Assembly (NCBI GenBank): GCA_017473335.1
Contig: JAFULN010000018.1
Coordinates: 557 to 64,556, forward strand
Direction of reading: 5' to 3'
From: Erysipelotrichaceae bacterium
Lineage (GTDB): Bacteria; Bacillota_I; Bacilli_A; Erysipelotrichales; Erysipelotrichaceae
Length of the DNA stretch: 64,000 nt
A program made the position numbers and the translations under genes. Below the pieces are notes generated by a model, which worked only from the letters and a program-made list of their open reading frames with translations, was not told the DNA's origin and did not search any database. Of this stretch, positions 54,923 through 64,000 are shown one piece after another. Every line of letters begins with the position of its first letter. The stretch's first letter is position 1.

Positions 54923-56191
54923 TTACAAATGATATGGTATTTCGATGGTAAATACTGTACCTTTTTCTTTTTCGCTGGAAACAAAGACATCAAATCCACA
55001 CTTTTCTGAGATAGAACGCACAAGTGCCAATCCAATTCCAGCACCTCCAAGCTTTCTAGATCTGGATTTATCCACACAATAGAATGGATCCCAGATACGA
55101 TCTATTTGTTCCTTATCAATACCAATCCCTGTATCTTGAATTTCAATACGTACAAATTGTCTTTTTTGACTTACCTTAATATTGACTTCACCAAAAGGTT
55201 TATTGTATTTGAGCGCATTTTCAATCAGATTATTCAATGCTCTTGTAAGCAAAGCTTCATTCTGCAAGACAACAATTTCTTCAGGACATTCTAAGCTGAA
55301 CTCAACCTGATGCTTCTTTGCAATATCATTCTGTTCTTCAATCAATTTTTCTAACAGACCTCTCACATCAATTTCATCATTGAATTCAACTCGCTCTTCC
55401 ATCGTAAACAGAAACAAATCCTGAACAATCGCAATCAAACGATCTATGTTTTTCTCCGTGACCGACAATAGTCTCTGTACATCCTGCCAAGCAGGATGTT
55501 CATCCATACGCAATACCTGAAGTCCCGTTTTCATTGTGGTTAATGGTGTTTTCAGTTCATGAGCAACATTTCGACTAAATTCTTTTTGACGATTAAAGCT
55601 TGTTTCCAAGCGATCCATCATTCCATTAAACGACTTCTGCAAACTGCCAACTTCATCATTGACTTCAGATTCTTCTACTCTTCGATTCAAATTATTGCCA
55701 GTAATGGTCAATACGCTTTGATTCAGCTGATAAATAGGGAGTAATGCACGTGCAGACAAAACATAAGCAATGACCATCCCTAGGATAGTGGTCACACACA
55801 TTGTAAAAATAGAAATTAAATTAAAGTTTCTGGAAACACTGCTGTTGTCTGGAAAATACACTGTAGAACTTGCAGCATCTGCATCAGTCAGTTCATTTGA
55901 CATATATTCACTAAAATCTTCCTGTTTCTGATCAAAGGTAATGACTTCACTTTCTTCTTCTACTCTATATGTTCCGTTTTCTGATGTTTCAGTTTCACCT
56001 GCATCGTTCATAACCACTTCATTCGTATCAGAATTTTGATAATAATAGCTGACATTGGTCAACACGACATCAAAACCTGTATTGGCTGAATAAATGCTGA
56101 CAAACATCATGCATAGATTAGAGGCTAAGACAATAGCCCCTGTCATAAGGGTAATACGCCAGCGCAAAGGAAGTCTACTCGTTAGTTTCAT
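54923..56191 (-). CDS. Sensor histidine kinase (2 TM, ~100-aa extracellular loop, HAMP, HisKA, HATPase_c)
   Basis: H-box HELKTPLT, N-box NLIENALKYN, G-boxes DTGIGI and GGAGIGLAL. Confidence 0.9.
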   Translation of the reverse strand: MKLTSRLPLRWRITLMTGAIVLASNLCMMFVSIYSANTGFDVVLTNVSYYYQNSDTNEVVMNDAGETETSENGTYRVEEESEVITFDQKQEDFSEYMSNELTDADAASSTVYFPDNSSVSRNFNLISIFTMCVTTILGMVIAYVLSARALLPIYQLNQSVLTITGNNLNRRVEESEVNDEVGSLQKSFNGMMDRLETSFNRQKEFSRNVAHELKTPLTTMKTGLQVLRMDEHPAWQDVQRLLSVTEKNIDRLIAIVQDLFLFTMEERVEFNDEIDVRGLLEKLIEEQNDIAKKHQVEFSLECPEEIVVLQNEALLTRALNNLIENALKYNKPFGEVNIKVSQKRQFVRIEIQDTGIGIDKEQIDRIWDPFYCVDKSRSRKLGGAGIGLALVRSISEKCGFDVFVSSEKEKGTVFTIEIPYHL

Positions 56192-56867
56192 TAGGAACCT
56201 CCAGCATCATATATCCTCTGCCTCGTACATTTTTAATATATTCATGGATAGGATCTTCTTTCTCCAGTTTTTTCTTAATGGAGTGCAGATGAAACTTCAA
56301 TGCATTTGAAAACAAGTCTGCATCATCATCCCAGCACTGTTCAATCAGCTTTTCCTGAGAAATCACTTGTCCCTGATGCATAAACAAATATTCCAGAATC
56401 ATAGATTCTTTTCGTGTAAAAAATACAGGATGTCCTTGATAGGCGATTTCATGACTTTTCATATTTAATGATAAATTCCCACAGCGATAAATCGTAGATT
56501 TCTGTACATAGGAAATTCTCAATAATGTACGAATACGTGCTTCAAGTTCCAGAAAATCAAAGGGCTTGCACATATAATCATTCGCCCCTAAATCCAATCC
56601 TTCAACACGCTCTTCTACTTTAGTGCGTGCAGAAAGAATCAATATTTTCGTAAATTCATCTTTCACACGAATTCTTCTCAACACTTCTAATCCATCCATT
56701 TTCGGAAGATTTAAATCCAATAGAATACAGTCATAACTGCCGCTTTCTGCCATATACAGCGCTTCTTCTCCATCTTTGGCAATATCTGTTAGATAACCGC
56801 TTCGCTGCAGCCCTTTTTGAATAAAATACGCTAAATCTTCTTCATCTTCTACAATCAGCAGCTTCAT
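56175..56867 (-). CDS. OmpR/PhoB-family response regulator
   Basis: LIVEDE..DLNLP receiver motifs and a winged-helix C-terminus (VRGRGY). The ATG at 56867 is used. The track start at 56870 is a GTG. Confidence 0.9.
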   Translation of the reverse strand: MKLLIVEDEEDLAYFIQKGLQRSGYLTDIAKDGEEALYMAESGSYDCILLDLNLPKMDGLEVLRRIRVKDEFTKILILSARTKVEERVEGLDLGANDYMCKPFDFLELEARIRTLLRISYVQKSTIYRCGNLSLNMKSHEIAYQGHPVFFTRKESMILEYLFMHQGQVISQEKLIEQCWDDDADLFSNALKFHLHSIKKKLEKEDPIHEYIKNVRGRGYMMLEVPNETNE

Positions 56868-56878
56868 CACTTCCCCTC

Positions 56879-56977
56879 CTATCCCAGCATCTGATTCTTC
56901 AAAAGCGTTACTTCAATCAACAAAAGGATCAAACATAATACTCCTGGAAAAATCTTTCTGATTTGTTTTTTTATCAT
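56879..56977 (-). CDS. Candidate 32-aa hydrophobic micro-protein leading the two-component operon (not in the ORF track)
   Basis: GGGGGA SD lies 6 nt before the ATG at 56977. Translation is MIKKQIRKIFPGVLCLILLLIEVTLLKNQMLG. Its stop TAG abuts the response-regulator SD. Confidence 0.35.
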   Translation of the reverse strand: MIKKQIRKIFPGVLCLILLLIEVTLLKNQMLG

Positions 56978-57107
56978 TGAAGTTCCCCCTTTTCATAGAT
57001 GAAGTCTATCATACCTTAAGTTAGATTACAGTTAGAACCCATCAACCTTCTTGAAATCTTTAACTTCTTTTGTTTTTCTAAAGAAAATACAGTAATTCTT
57101 CCATTAT

Positions 57108-57140
57108 AAAAGAGGATCATTATTTTATGGTCCTCTTTTA
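57108..57140 (-). terminator. Probable terminator after uvrB
   Basis: AAAGAGGA(T/C)C / GGTCCTCTTT imperfect stem followed by a T-rich tract on the minus strand. Confidence 0.5.
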
Positions 57141-57155
57141 ATTAACATATCTGTA

Positions 57156-59132
57156 CTATTGTTCAGCTTTTAATTCTAGAATAATATCACGAAGTTCTGC
57201 AGCTCTTTCAAAATCAAGTACTTTTGCCGCTTCTCGCATTTCTTTTTCCAGATTCTTAAGCAGTTCTGCTTTATCTTTCTTAGCAGTTTTTGATTTCTTC
57301 TTCATGTAGCGTGCAGCCATCTCTTTGGTTTCTTTGCCTGCAATCGCCTCATGAATATCTTTGATGATGGTTTTTGGTGTGATGCCATGTTTTTCATTGT
57401 AAGCCATCTGTATCGCACGACGTCGATTCGTTTCAGTGATTGCCTTGTTCATAGAATCAGTCATATTATCCGCATACATAATAACACGTCCATGAGCGTT
57501 ACGTGCAGCACGTCCAATTGTCTGAATCAATGAACGTTCCGAACGTAAAAATCCCTCTTTATCTGCATCTAAAATACACACAAGTGATACTTCAGGAATA
57601 TCCAGACCTTCACGCAGCAAGTTAATCCCAATCAGAATATCATATTTTCCTTTACGAAGATCACGGATGATTTCAGTACGTTCCAATGTCTTGGTTTCAT
57701 GATGCAGATAAGCAACTTTATAGTCCAGTTTCTTAAAGTACTCACTTAAGTCTTCTGCCATCTTGACAGTTAATGTCGTAATCAAAGTACGTTCATTACG
57801 GGCTATCTGTTCATCAATTTCATCTTTTAAATGATCAATCTGACCACGAGTACAAACCACTTCAATCAGTGGGTCCAAAAGACCAGTAGGACGAATAATC
57901 TGTTCTACAACAGCTCCACCCGTCTTATCCAGTTCATAATTCCCTGGTGTAGCAGAAACATAGATTGCTTGGTTAATGCATCCTTCAAACTCCTCAAAAG
58001 TCATTGGACGATTGTTTAAAGCACTAGGCAAACGGAAGCCATAATCCACTAGAATCTGTTTGCGAGCTCTATCCCCATTAAACATTCCACGCACCTGCGG
58101 CAAAGAAACATGACTTTCATCCACCACCAGCAAAAAATCATCAGGAAAGTAATCAAACAAATTCCAAGGACGCTGCTCAGGGGTTCTGCCGTCAATATGC
58201 ATCGAATAGTTTTCAATCCCTGAACAGATTCCAAACTCTCTTAGTGCCTCTAAATCATAACGGCATCGCTGTTCCAGACGCTGAGCTTCCAAAAGCTTGC
58301 CTTCTTCCTTGAACTGTTTTAGACGATCTTCCAGCTCTTCTTCAATACGGTTGCAAGCTTTACGCATCTCATCCATTGGACGTGCGTAGCCACTTGCAGG
58401 GAAAACATTATACAGGGCATAACTGTTGTACACTTTCCCTGTCAATAAATCCACTTCTGAAATACGTTCAATTTCATCATCATACATTTCAATCCTTAAT
58501 CCATATTCATCTGTATATCCCAGTGTGACCTCAATCACATCACCACGTACTCTAAATGTACCTCTTTCACGATCAATATCATTGCGCTTGTATTGACGAT
58601 CCACAAACTTTTTCAACAAGTCCTGACGATCAATCACATCCCCTACACGGATTGTAAAAAACATATCTTTGTAGTGCTGAGGATTGGATGAACCATAAAT
58701 GCAGGCAACAGACGCAACAATAATCGTATCTCTGCGTTCCAAAACACTGTTGAGTGCCGCCATGCGCAGCATATCCAGCTCATCATTGGTCATCGCTGTT
58801 TTTTCAATATATGTATCTGTCTTAGGCATATATGCCTCTGGCTGATAATAGTCAAAGTTAGAGACAAAGTACTCTACTTTATTATGTGGAAACAATTCTT
58901 TAAATTCTGTATACAGCTGTCCAGCCAATGTCTTGTTGTGGACAAAGACCAGTGTAGGCTTATTGACTTGTGCAATCACATTTCCAATTGTGAATGTCTT
59001 CCCAGTACCTGTTGCCCCTAACAATACCTGTACCTTTTTCCCTTCTTGTAAACCTTCCACCAGTTCTTTGATGGCAGCAGGCTGATCTCCAGTTGGGGTA
59101 AATTTAGAAACAAGTTCAAATTTTCTATCCAT
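57156..59132 (-). CDS. uvrB: Excinuclease ABC subunit B
   Basis: 658 aa. GATGTGKTF Walker A, DESH box and C-terminal UVR domain (FERAAELRD). Confidence 0.95.
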   Translation of the reverse strand: MDRKFELVSKFTPTGDQPAAIKELVEGLQEGKKVQVLLGATGTGKTFTIGNVIAQVNKPTLVFVHNKTLAGQLYTEFKELFPHNKVEYFVSNFDYYQPEAYMPKTDTYIEKTAMTNDELDMLRMAALNSVLERRDTIIVASVACIYGSSNPQHYKDMFFTIRVGDVIDRQDLLKKFVDRQYKRNDIDRERGTFRVRGDVIEVTLGYTDEYGLRIEMYDDEIERISEVDLLTGKVYNSYALYNVFPASGYARPMDEMRKACNRIEEELEDRLKQFKEEGKLLEAQRLEQRCRYDLEALREFGICSGIENYSMHIDGRTPEQRPWNLFDYFPDDFLLVVDESHVSLPQVRGMFNGDRARKQILVDYGFRLPSALNNRPMTFEEFEGCINQAIYVSATPGNYELDKTGGAVVEQIIRPTGLLDPLIEVVCTRGQIDHLKDEIDEQIARNERTLITTLTVKMAEDLSEYFKKLDYKVAYLHHETKTLERTEIIRDLRKGKYDILIGINLLREGLDIPEVSLVCILDADKEGFLRSERSLIQTIGRAARNAHGRVIMYADNMTDSMNKAITETNRRRAIQMAYNEKHGITPKTIIKDIHEAIAGKETKEMAARYMKKKSKTAKKDKAELLKNLEKEMREAAKVLDFERAAELRDIILELKAEQ

Positions 59133-59237
59133 ACAAGACCTCCTTCAACCTCACTAACGTTATGATATTCTATTTTACATGGTTTATCAACTTAGCGAAC
59201 GAAAATGGCCATGATATTCATCATAGCCATCCATCCT

Positions 59238-60719
59238 TTATCTTAATACATCTAATGCAGACTGAAGCTGAATATCAGCCTCTTTTTCAATAGACCATTT
59301 CTTTGTTACCTGTGAAAGAAGAGCCTCAAATGTTTCAGTATCCAAGACACCCAGCTGTTCACATTCAAATTCTTTCTGAAATTGAATCAGTGCATCTTTT
59401 GTTCCCTGATCAAAATATCCATCTGTACGACTCACTTCAACACCAATAAATGCCAAAGCTTCCTGTGCAATCTGTGTATATGCAGAAACACTATCCAGTT
59501 CATACTGTTCCCCATCTTCCATTCTTGCATAAGAATAGTACAAAACAGAAGGCAGATCGACATAAATATCTGGTTCAATCCCTGTACCATTGACCCATAC
59601 GCCATTTGGAGATACCCACTTGCTGGTCGTATATTTCAGCGCAGAACCATCACGGAATGTATGAGTCACCTGAACAGTCCCTTTGCCATAAGTTGTTGTA
59701 CCCAGCACAGTCACATCATCACGCAATTCTTTAAGCGCAACCGTCAACACTTCAGAAGCACTTGCAGTATTTCCATTGACAAGGATCACAATATCTTCAA
59801 TGTTGCTGAATTTGCCACCACGTGATACTGATGTTTCTTCACTGCCATCAGAATAAATCTGTTTCATGACTGTGATGCCTTCATCCACAAACATGCTGAC
59901 AACAGAAACATAGGCATCCAGATAACCACCCGTGTTATCTCTTAAGTCCAGTACAAGTGACTTCAGTCCCTGTTTGCTCATCAGACTCAGATATTCTTTC
60001 ACTTCAGCTCCTGTGGAAGAGCCAAACTGATAGATCTCCAGATAGCCAATATTACCTTCCAGCATTTCACCATAAGCTGTATTTTGAACAGCACCACGAA
60101 GAATCGTCTTTTCAATCACTTCATTGTCTCTTAAAAACTCAATCACAACAGGAGTTCCTTCTTCTCCCTTTACCGCATCCGGAAGCACATCAGGATCCAT
60201 CTCAGAAACCAGTACACCATCCACACGATAAATAATATCTCCTGGAAGAACACCTGACTTTTCAGCAGGTGAATTATGGAATACACGCGTAATCATGTTC
60301 AGATTATCAGCCGTTGTATACTGTACCCCAATTCCAACAAAGCCCATATCAATCGATGTTGTAAAGCTCGCCAGTTCTTCTGAAGACATATAAGTTGTAT
60401 GCGGGTCTTCTTCACTTGTTGCCATGCCATACAAAGCACGATCAATCAAATGCTGATCTACATTCTCATCAATCGTCCCAAAATACCAGTTATTTTTAAG
60501 AATCGAATACACAGAGTCCAGCTTGCTGGAAACTGTAGATTCTACCGGTACTTGTTCAACTGTTGAAAGTACATTTCCTCCAACAACCATTCCTAATACA
60601 AAAGTACATACCAGCATCACAATCAGCATCACTCTTGAACGTCTTCTATGTCTTCTTTCTTCTATTTCATCCGGCCACAGATGACGCTGCAGCTGAATTC
60701 TTACTTTCTTGTCTTCCAT
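59238..60719 (-). CDS. ctpA: S41 carboxy-terminal processing protease with PDZ and a C-terminal peptidoglycan-binding domain
   Basis: N-terminal TM, PDZ (PAEKSGVLPGD), GNTASASE serine motif and TYGKG. PG_binding_1-like tail (GYFDQGTKDALIQFQ). ATG at 60719 lies 9 nt after AGGAG. Confidence 0.8.
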   Translation of the reverse strand: MEDKKVRIQLQRHLWPDEIEERRHRRRSRVMLIVMLVCTFVLGMVVGGNVLSTVEQVPVESTVSSKLDSVYSILKNNWYFGTIDENVDQHLIDRALYGMATSEEDPHTTYMSSEELASFTTSIDMGFVGIGVQYTTADNLNMITRVFHNSPAEKSGVLPGDIIYRVDGVLVSEMDPDVLPDAVKGEEGTPVVIEFLRDNEVIEKTILRGAVQNTAYGEMLEGNIGYLEIYQFGSSTGAEVKEYLSLMSKQGLKSLVLDLRDNTGGYLDAYVSVVSMFVDEGITVMKQIYSDGSEETSVSRGGKFSNIEDIVILVNGNTASASEVLTVALKELRDDVTVLGTTTYGKGTVQVTHTFRDGSALKYTTSKWVSPNGVWVNGTGIEPDIYVDLPSVLYYSYARMEDGEQYELDSVSAYTQIAQEALAFIGVEVSRTDGYFDQGTKDALIQFQKEFECEQLGVLDTETFEALLSQVTKKWSIEKEADIQLQSALDVLR

Positions 60720-60818
60720 CTTCAACAACTCCTAACATGATTTATTGTAACACAGTTCCTCTTGATTCCAGAAGTTTCTGTATCATTTCTTTTTCATATG
60801 ATTCATTTTCAATTTTTC

Positions 60819-61364
60819 TTACAATCCCAATACAATCCCTAAAACTGCACAAATCACAATTAATACAATTGGATTCAATTTCATTTTCTTATACACAACA
60901 AACAGTATCGCAAACAAAACACAGTTCAGCCAGTTTACAGGAATCATCTGTTCAAAGTCTAAAAGTGTTCCTGTAAAGATGCTGAAGCACGCTGAGATAA
61001 TCAATCCAACCACTGCAGGACGCAGTCCATAAAACACATTTTGCACCAGCTGTGACTTCTGAAACTTTTCCAGCATGCCAGCTACAATAATAATCACAAT
61101 CACACTTGGAGCTACAAGCGACAAAGTCGTTGTGATACCAATCAGCGGACCACCAATCACATTGCCAATATAGGTTGCCATATTCACACCAATAGGACCT
61201 GGTGTACTTTCAGATACCGCAATCATCGTAGAAAGCATATCTAAAGAAAACCAGCTATACTTTACTGACATTTCTTCCAAAAATGGAATGGTCGCAAGAC
61301 CTCCTCCTACCGCAAACAGACCCGTCTTAAAGAATTCAATCATAATGAGGAAAATCGTCTTCAT
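60819..61364 (-). CDS. chrA: Chromate transporter (CHR) family protein, second half-size subunit
   Basis: FGGGLATIPF CHR motif, polytopic. ATGA overlap with the upstream partner. Confidence 0.8.
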   Translation of the reverse strand: MKTIFLIMIEFFKTGLFAVGGGLATIPFLEEMSVKYSWFSLDMLSTMIAVSESTPGPIGVNMATYIGNVIGGPLIGITTTLSLVAPSVIVIIIVAGMLEKFQKSQLVQNVFYGLRPAVVGLIISACFSIFTGTLLDFEQMIPVNWLNCVLFAILFVVYKKMKLNPIVLIVICAVLGIVLGL

Positions 61365-61915
61365 GCCTGTTTTCCTCCTGTTTTTACCTTCACTAAGCTA
61401 AAAATAACACCTAACATACCTGAAACAACCACAAGCAGTACTGTAGAAACCTGTGTCAGCATCGCCATCAGTAAAACGGATACAAAAATCATTCCAGAAT
61501 ACATATCGACAACACCTTTTTTAAAGAGCTTCACAATGGAAGTACTCATCAAAATACATACTGCAATACGAATCCCAGAAAGCGCATGCTGAACAATCGC
61601 AAGTTCACTAAAACTTGTCAATACACCCGCAATCATTGAAATAATAAGGATAGAAGGTGTTACTAAACCTATTGTACATACGATAGCACCTAAGATACCT
61701 TTTTGAAAATATCCTACAAAAGTCGCTACATTGACCGCGATTACTCCAGGAGTACACTGTGCAATCGCATAGTAATTCATGACATCATCTTCTGTTGTCC
61801 AATGATGTTTATCAATGATTTCTTTTTCAATCATAGGAAGCATCGCATAGCCTCCACCAAAAGTAAATAGCCCTATTCTAAACCAGGCCATAAAAAACTC
61901 TATATACTGTTTCAT
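61361..61915 (-). CDS. chrA: Chromate transporter (CHR) family protein, first half-size subunit
   Basis: FTFGGGYAMLPMIE CHR motif. AAGGTGA SD. Confidence 0.8.
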   Translation of the reverse strand: MKQYIEFFMAWFRIGLFTFGGGYAMLPMIEKEIIDKHHWTTEDDVMNYYAIAQCTPGVIAVNVATFVGYFQKGILGAIVCTIGLVTPSILIISMIAGVLTSFSELAIVQHALSGIRIAVCILMSTSIVKLFKKGVVDMYSGMIFVSVLLMAMLTQVSTVLLVVVSGMLGVIFSLVKVKTGGKQA

Positions 61916-61961
61916 TGTATCACCTTAGTCATTGTAGAATTCAGCTCAAGAAAAGTCAAAC

Positions 61962-61987
61962 AGAAAAGAAGCTCGTTAGAGCTTCTT
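61962..61987 (-). terminator. Rho-independent terminator after the M23 gene
   Basis: AAGAAGCTC / GAGCTTCTT stem followed by TTTTCTGTTT on the minus strand. Confidence 0.7.
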
Positions 61988-61989
61988 CA

Positions 61990-63378
61990 CTAATATCCAA
62001 AGAATTCTTCAGGACGTTCACGACATGGAGCTGAACCCTTAACGGAACATCTTGTCGATAAGCCTTTTGAACTATATCCACATCCAAAAGACAAGTTCCC
62101 ATTCCATGATCTCAGATAAGACTGAATCGACATCGTACCTAAACGGAAGATTTCTACATGGACATGACGTCCACTAGAGTTTCCACTTGATCCGATTTCT
62201 GCAATCTTGTCCCCAGCTGAAACCTGTGTTCCTACTGGAACGACGGTGTCTTTGGCAAGATGCAGATATTTAACGGCATAGAGGACTCCATCAATCTTTG
62301 TCAGCATATAAATCTGATTACCGCCTCCAGCAGTCCCGCCATACTGGCTTCCACACATATCCCCTAAACCAGAAGAATACGTTGGACAGCCATTGACACT
62401 AGTAATGACAATCCCATTTCCTGCTGCACGAATTGCAGTCCCTGCCCCTGCAGCCAAGTCCATTCCAAGATGAATCCCACCCTGTGGATATGCCCAGGTA
62501 CCTGCTGTATAGCGAGCCCCGCTGGCGATTGGTTTTGTCCATCCAGCTGTCGGAGGAATTTCATTGATCGCATCACCAATTTCTGCAATCTTGTCTTTCA
62601 AAAGATCCAAGTCACCAGAAATCTGATTACCCTCTGCTTCAAGTTGGGCAAATTCATCCTGCCATGCCTTCAAAATTGCATCTGCCTTATATTTTTTCAA
62701 CAGAACTTCTTTCTGTTTTTCTTCCAGAATGGCTTTACTATCATCCAGTTTCGATTTTGTTTCTTCCAGTGCCAGTTTATCCGCATCCAATTGAATACGA
62801 ATCTGTTTCAATTCTTCACGTACACTTTCATCATATTCCACTAGTGTTTCAAATCCAGTTACACGACGAAGCAGTTCTTCAAAGCTCTTTGCGCCCATGA
62901 TGAAATCAATAAACTGATTCATTCGCATTGTACGCTGAGTACTGACCATACGATCAGTAACACGCTGTGACAACTCTTCTTCCCTAGCTGTATTTTCCGC
63001 AATCTGTACTTCTAAATCCGCAATCTGTACTTTCAATGCATCAATTTCAGTATTCAGTACTGTAATTTCTGCACCAATCGTAGCTGCTTCTTCCTGAAGC
63101 TGCTTCACAATTTTCACCTGATTGGCAATATCCTTTTTTAGTTCATCCATCTGATCATTGATTCGATCAATTTCTTCCTGTAGATCATTTTGTTTCTTTG
63201 CCTCATATTCCATGAATGCTTTACACATCTTGGTATCAGAAGAAGACAAATCAGACTGAGAACACAGCTCATAATAATAGTCTTCACGTCCTTCAAAATC
63301 ATATTCTGCAGACAAATGACTAAGATTAGCACTTAAAAGAAGCACACATGCCAAAACACAATTCAACAAGCGCTTCAT
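61990..63378 (-). CDS. Coiled-coil M23 peptidase (EnvC/PcsB-like FtsEX partner)
   Basis: Signal peptide, ~250-aa heptad-rich region, M23 motifs HLGMD and GRHVHVE. ATGA overlap with the ftsX stop. Confidence 0.8.
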   Translation of the reverse strand: MKRLLNCVLACVLLLSANLSHLSAEYDFEGREDYYYELCSQSDLSSSDTKMCKAFMEYEAKKQNDLQEEIDRINDQMDELKKDIANQVKIVKQLQEEAATIGAEITVLNTEIDALKVQIADLEVQIAENTAREEELSQRVTDRMVSTQRTMRMNQFIDFIMGAKSFEELLRRVTGFETLVEYDESVREELKQIRIQLDADKLALEETKSKLDDSKAILEEKQKEVLLKKYKADAILKAWQDEFAQLEAEGNQISGDLDLLKDKIAEIGDAINEIPPTAGWTKPIASGARYTAGTWAYPQGGIHLGMDLAAGAGTAIRAAGNGIVITSVNGCPTYSSGLGDMCGSQYGGTAGGGNQIYMLTKIDGVLYAVKYLHLAKDTVVPVGTQVSAGDKIAEIGSSGNSSGRHVHVEIFRLGTMSIQSYLRSWNGNLSFGCGYSSKGLSTRCSVKGSAPCRERPEEFFGY

Positions 63379-64000
63379 CGTTTCCACCTCAAATACTTAG
63401 AAACACTGAAGAAGCTTCCCAAAAGACCAACACTCATCCCCGCAATCACAAGACCACCTGAAAGATAGAGAACAAATGGATGAGGTGGAATCATTGGCAG
63501 CATGTCTGTCAACAATACACCACCCAGCCATGTATACAAATAAATATAGCCAAACACTGAGAACGCTACAGGAAGCAGTGATCCCAACAAACCAATCAGG
63601 ATACCTTCAATGACATATGGAAAACGAATATCTCCATTAGAAGCCCCTACGGCACGCATAATCGCAATTTCTTTATTACGTGCATAAATCGTCAATTTAA
63701 TCGTATTGGAAATCAGAAAGATTGCCAAGGCACTTAATGAAGCGACCAGAATCACTCCGCCATAACGAACTGAATCCAGCGCATCCACCATCTTCACTAC
63801 ACCTTCACCGCCATAATAAGCATCATAAACGTGTTCAATCTGTTCAATCTTTACAGCCAAAGCCTGTAAATCCGTCCCAGAAGCTACTTCCATATAATAA
63901 GCTGCATGCATCGGACTTTGACCTGCATAAATCTCACGATAGCCAAAATCATTGTCTGCATCATATTCACTAATAAAGAACTCCAGTTCCTCTTCTTGCG
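63375..64000 (-). CDS. ftsX: Cell-division ABC permease FtsX (C-terminal part; the ORF runs off the window edge)
   Basis: Three C-terminal TM segments with the NTIKLTIYARNKEIAIMRAVGA motif. The frame stays open through 63912-64000. Confidence 0.8.
   Translation of the reverse strand, partial: QEEELEFFISEYDADNDFGYREIYAGQSPMHAAYYMEVASGTDLQALAVKIEQIEHVYDAYYGGEGVVKMVDALDSVRYGGVILVASLSALAIFLISNTIKLTIYARNKEIAIMRAVGASNGDIRFPYVIEGILIGLLGSLLPVAFSVFGYIYLYTWLGGVLLTDMLPMIPPHPFVLYLSGGLVIAGMSVGLLGSFFSVSKYLRWKR

Noticed and set aside
59133-59237. LexA (Cheo-box) operator upstream of uvrB
   Set aside because: Only a half-site-like CGAAC (around 59198-59202) is present, without a properly spaced GTTCG partner. 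I could not support an SOS box by eye.
1-64000. CRISPR arrays, tRNA/rRNA genes, prophage or defence-island gene sets
   Set aside because: Reading the intergenic regions showed no regularly spaced direct repeats, no cloverleaf-like sequences in gaps over 70 nt, and no integrase, restriction or abortive-infection-like ORFs. All long ORFs are accounted for by the features listed.

Overview
Low-GC Bacillota-type chromosomal segment, about 90% coding and mostly on the minus strand. Conserved housekeeping blocks suggest a Bacilli or Erysipelotrichia-like genome (taxon is inference only): rpsF-ssb-rpsR, yybS-gdpP-rplI-dnaB, walJ-htrA-rlmH, ptsH, uvrB, livJHMGF, ddl, pgcA-glgB-glgP and ftsX plus a coiled-coil M23 peptidase. 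I saw no rRNA, tRNA or CRISPR array. The only clear mobile DNA is a tnpA-less IS200/IS605-family (IS1341-like) element at about 5345-6810. It carries a frameshifted tnpB, matching left and right subterminal hairpins, and a structured 3' region that fits an omega-RNA. The window is rich in cell-envelope genes. Five loci deserve follow-up. (1) A six-gene minus-strand operon at 51065-56977: micro-ORF, OmpR-type regulator, histidine kinase, kinase-less multi-PASTA membrane protein, and a MacB/FtsX-type ABC permease with its ATPase. (2) A divergent four-lipoprotein cluster at 43109-46863: ApbE flavin transferase, an FMN_bind protein, and two rhodanese-like paralogs, one with the catalytic Cys and one without. 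(3) A BlaR1-like M56 sensor-protease whose extracellular domain is an M23 peptidase rather than a penicillin-binding domain, paired with a BlaI-like repressor and TACA-N2-TGTA operator dyads in its promoter. (4) A MurF-like ligase whose N-terminal domain is replaced by about 160 aa of polytopic membrane segment. (5) The dnaB-walJ interval, which holds a LysM-G5-M23 peptidase where Bacillus has walRKHI. Functional calls rest on motif recognition in the supplied translations. No database search was run.
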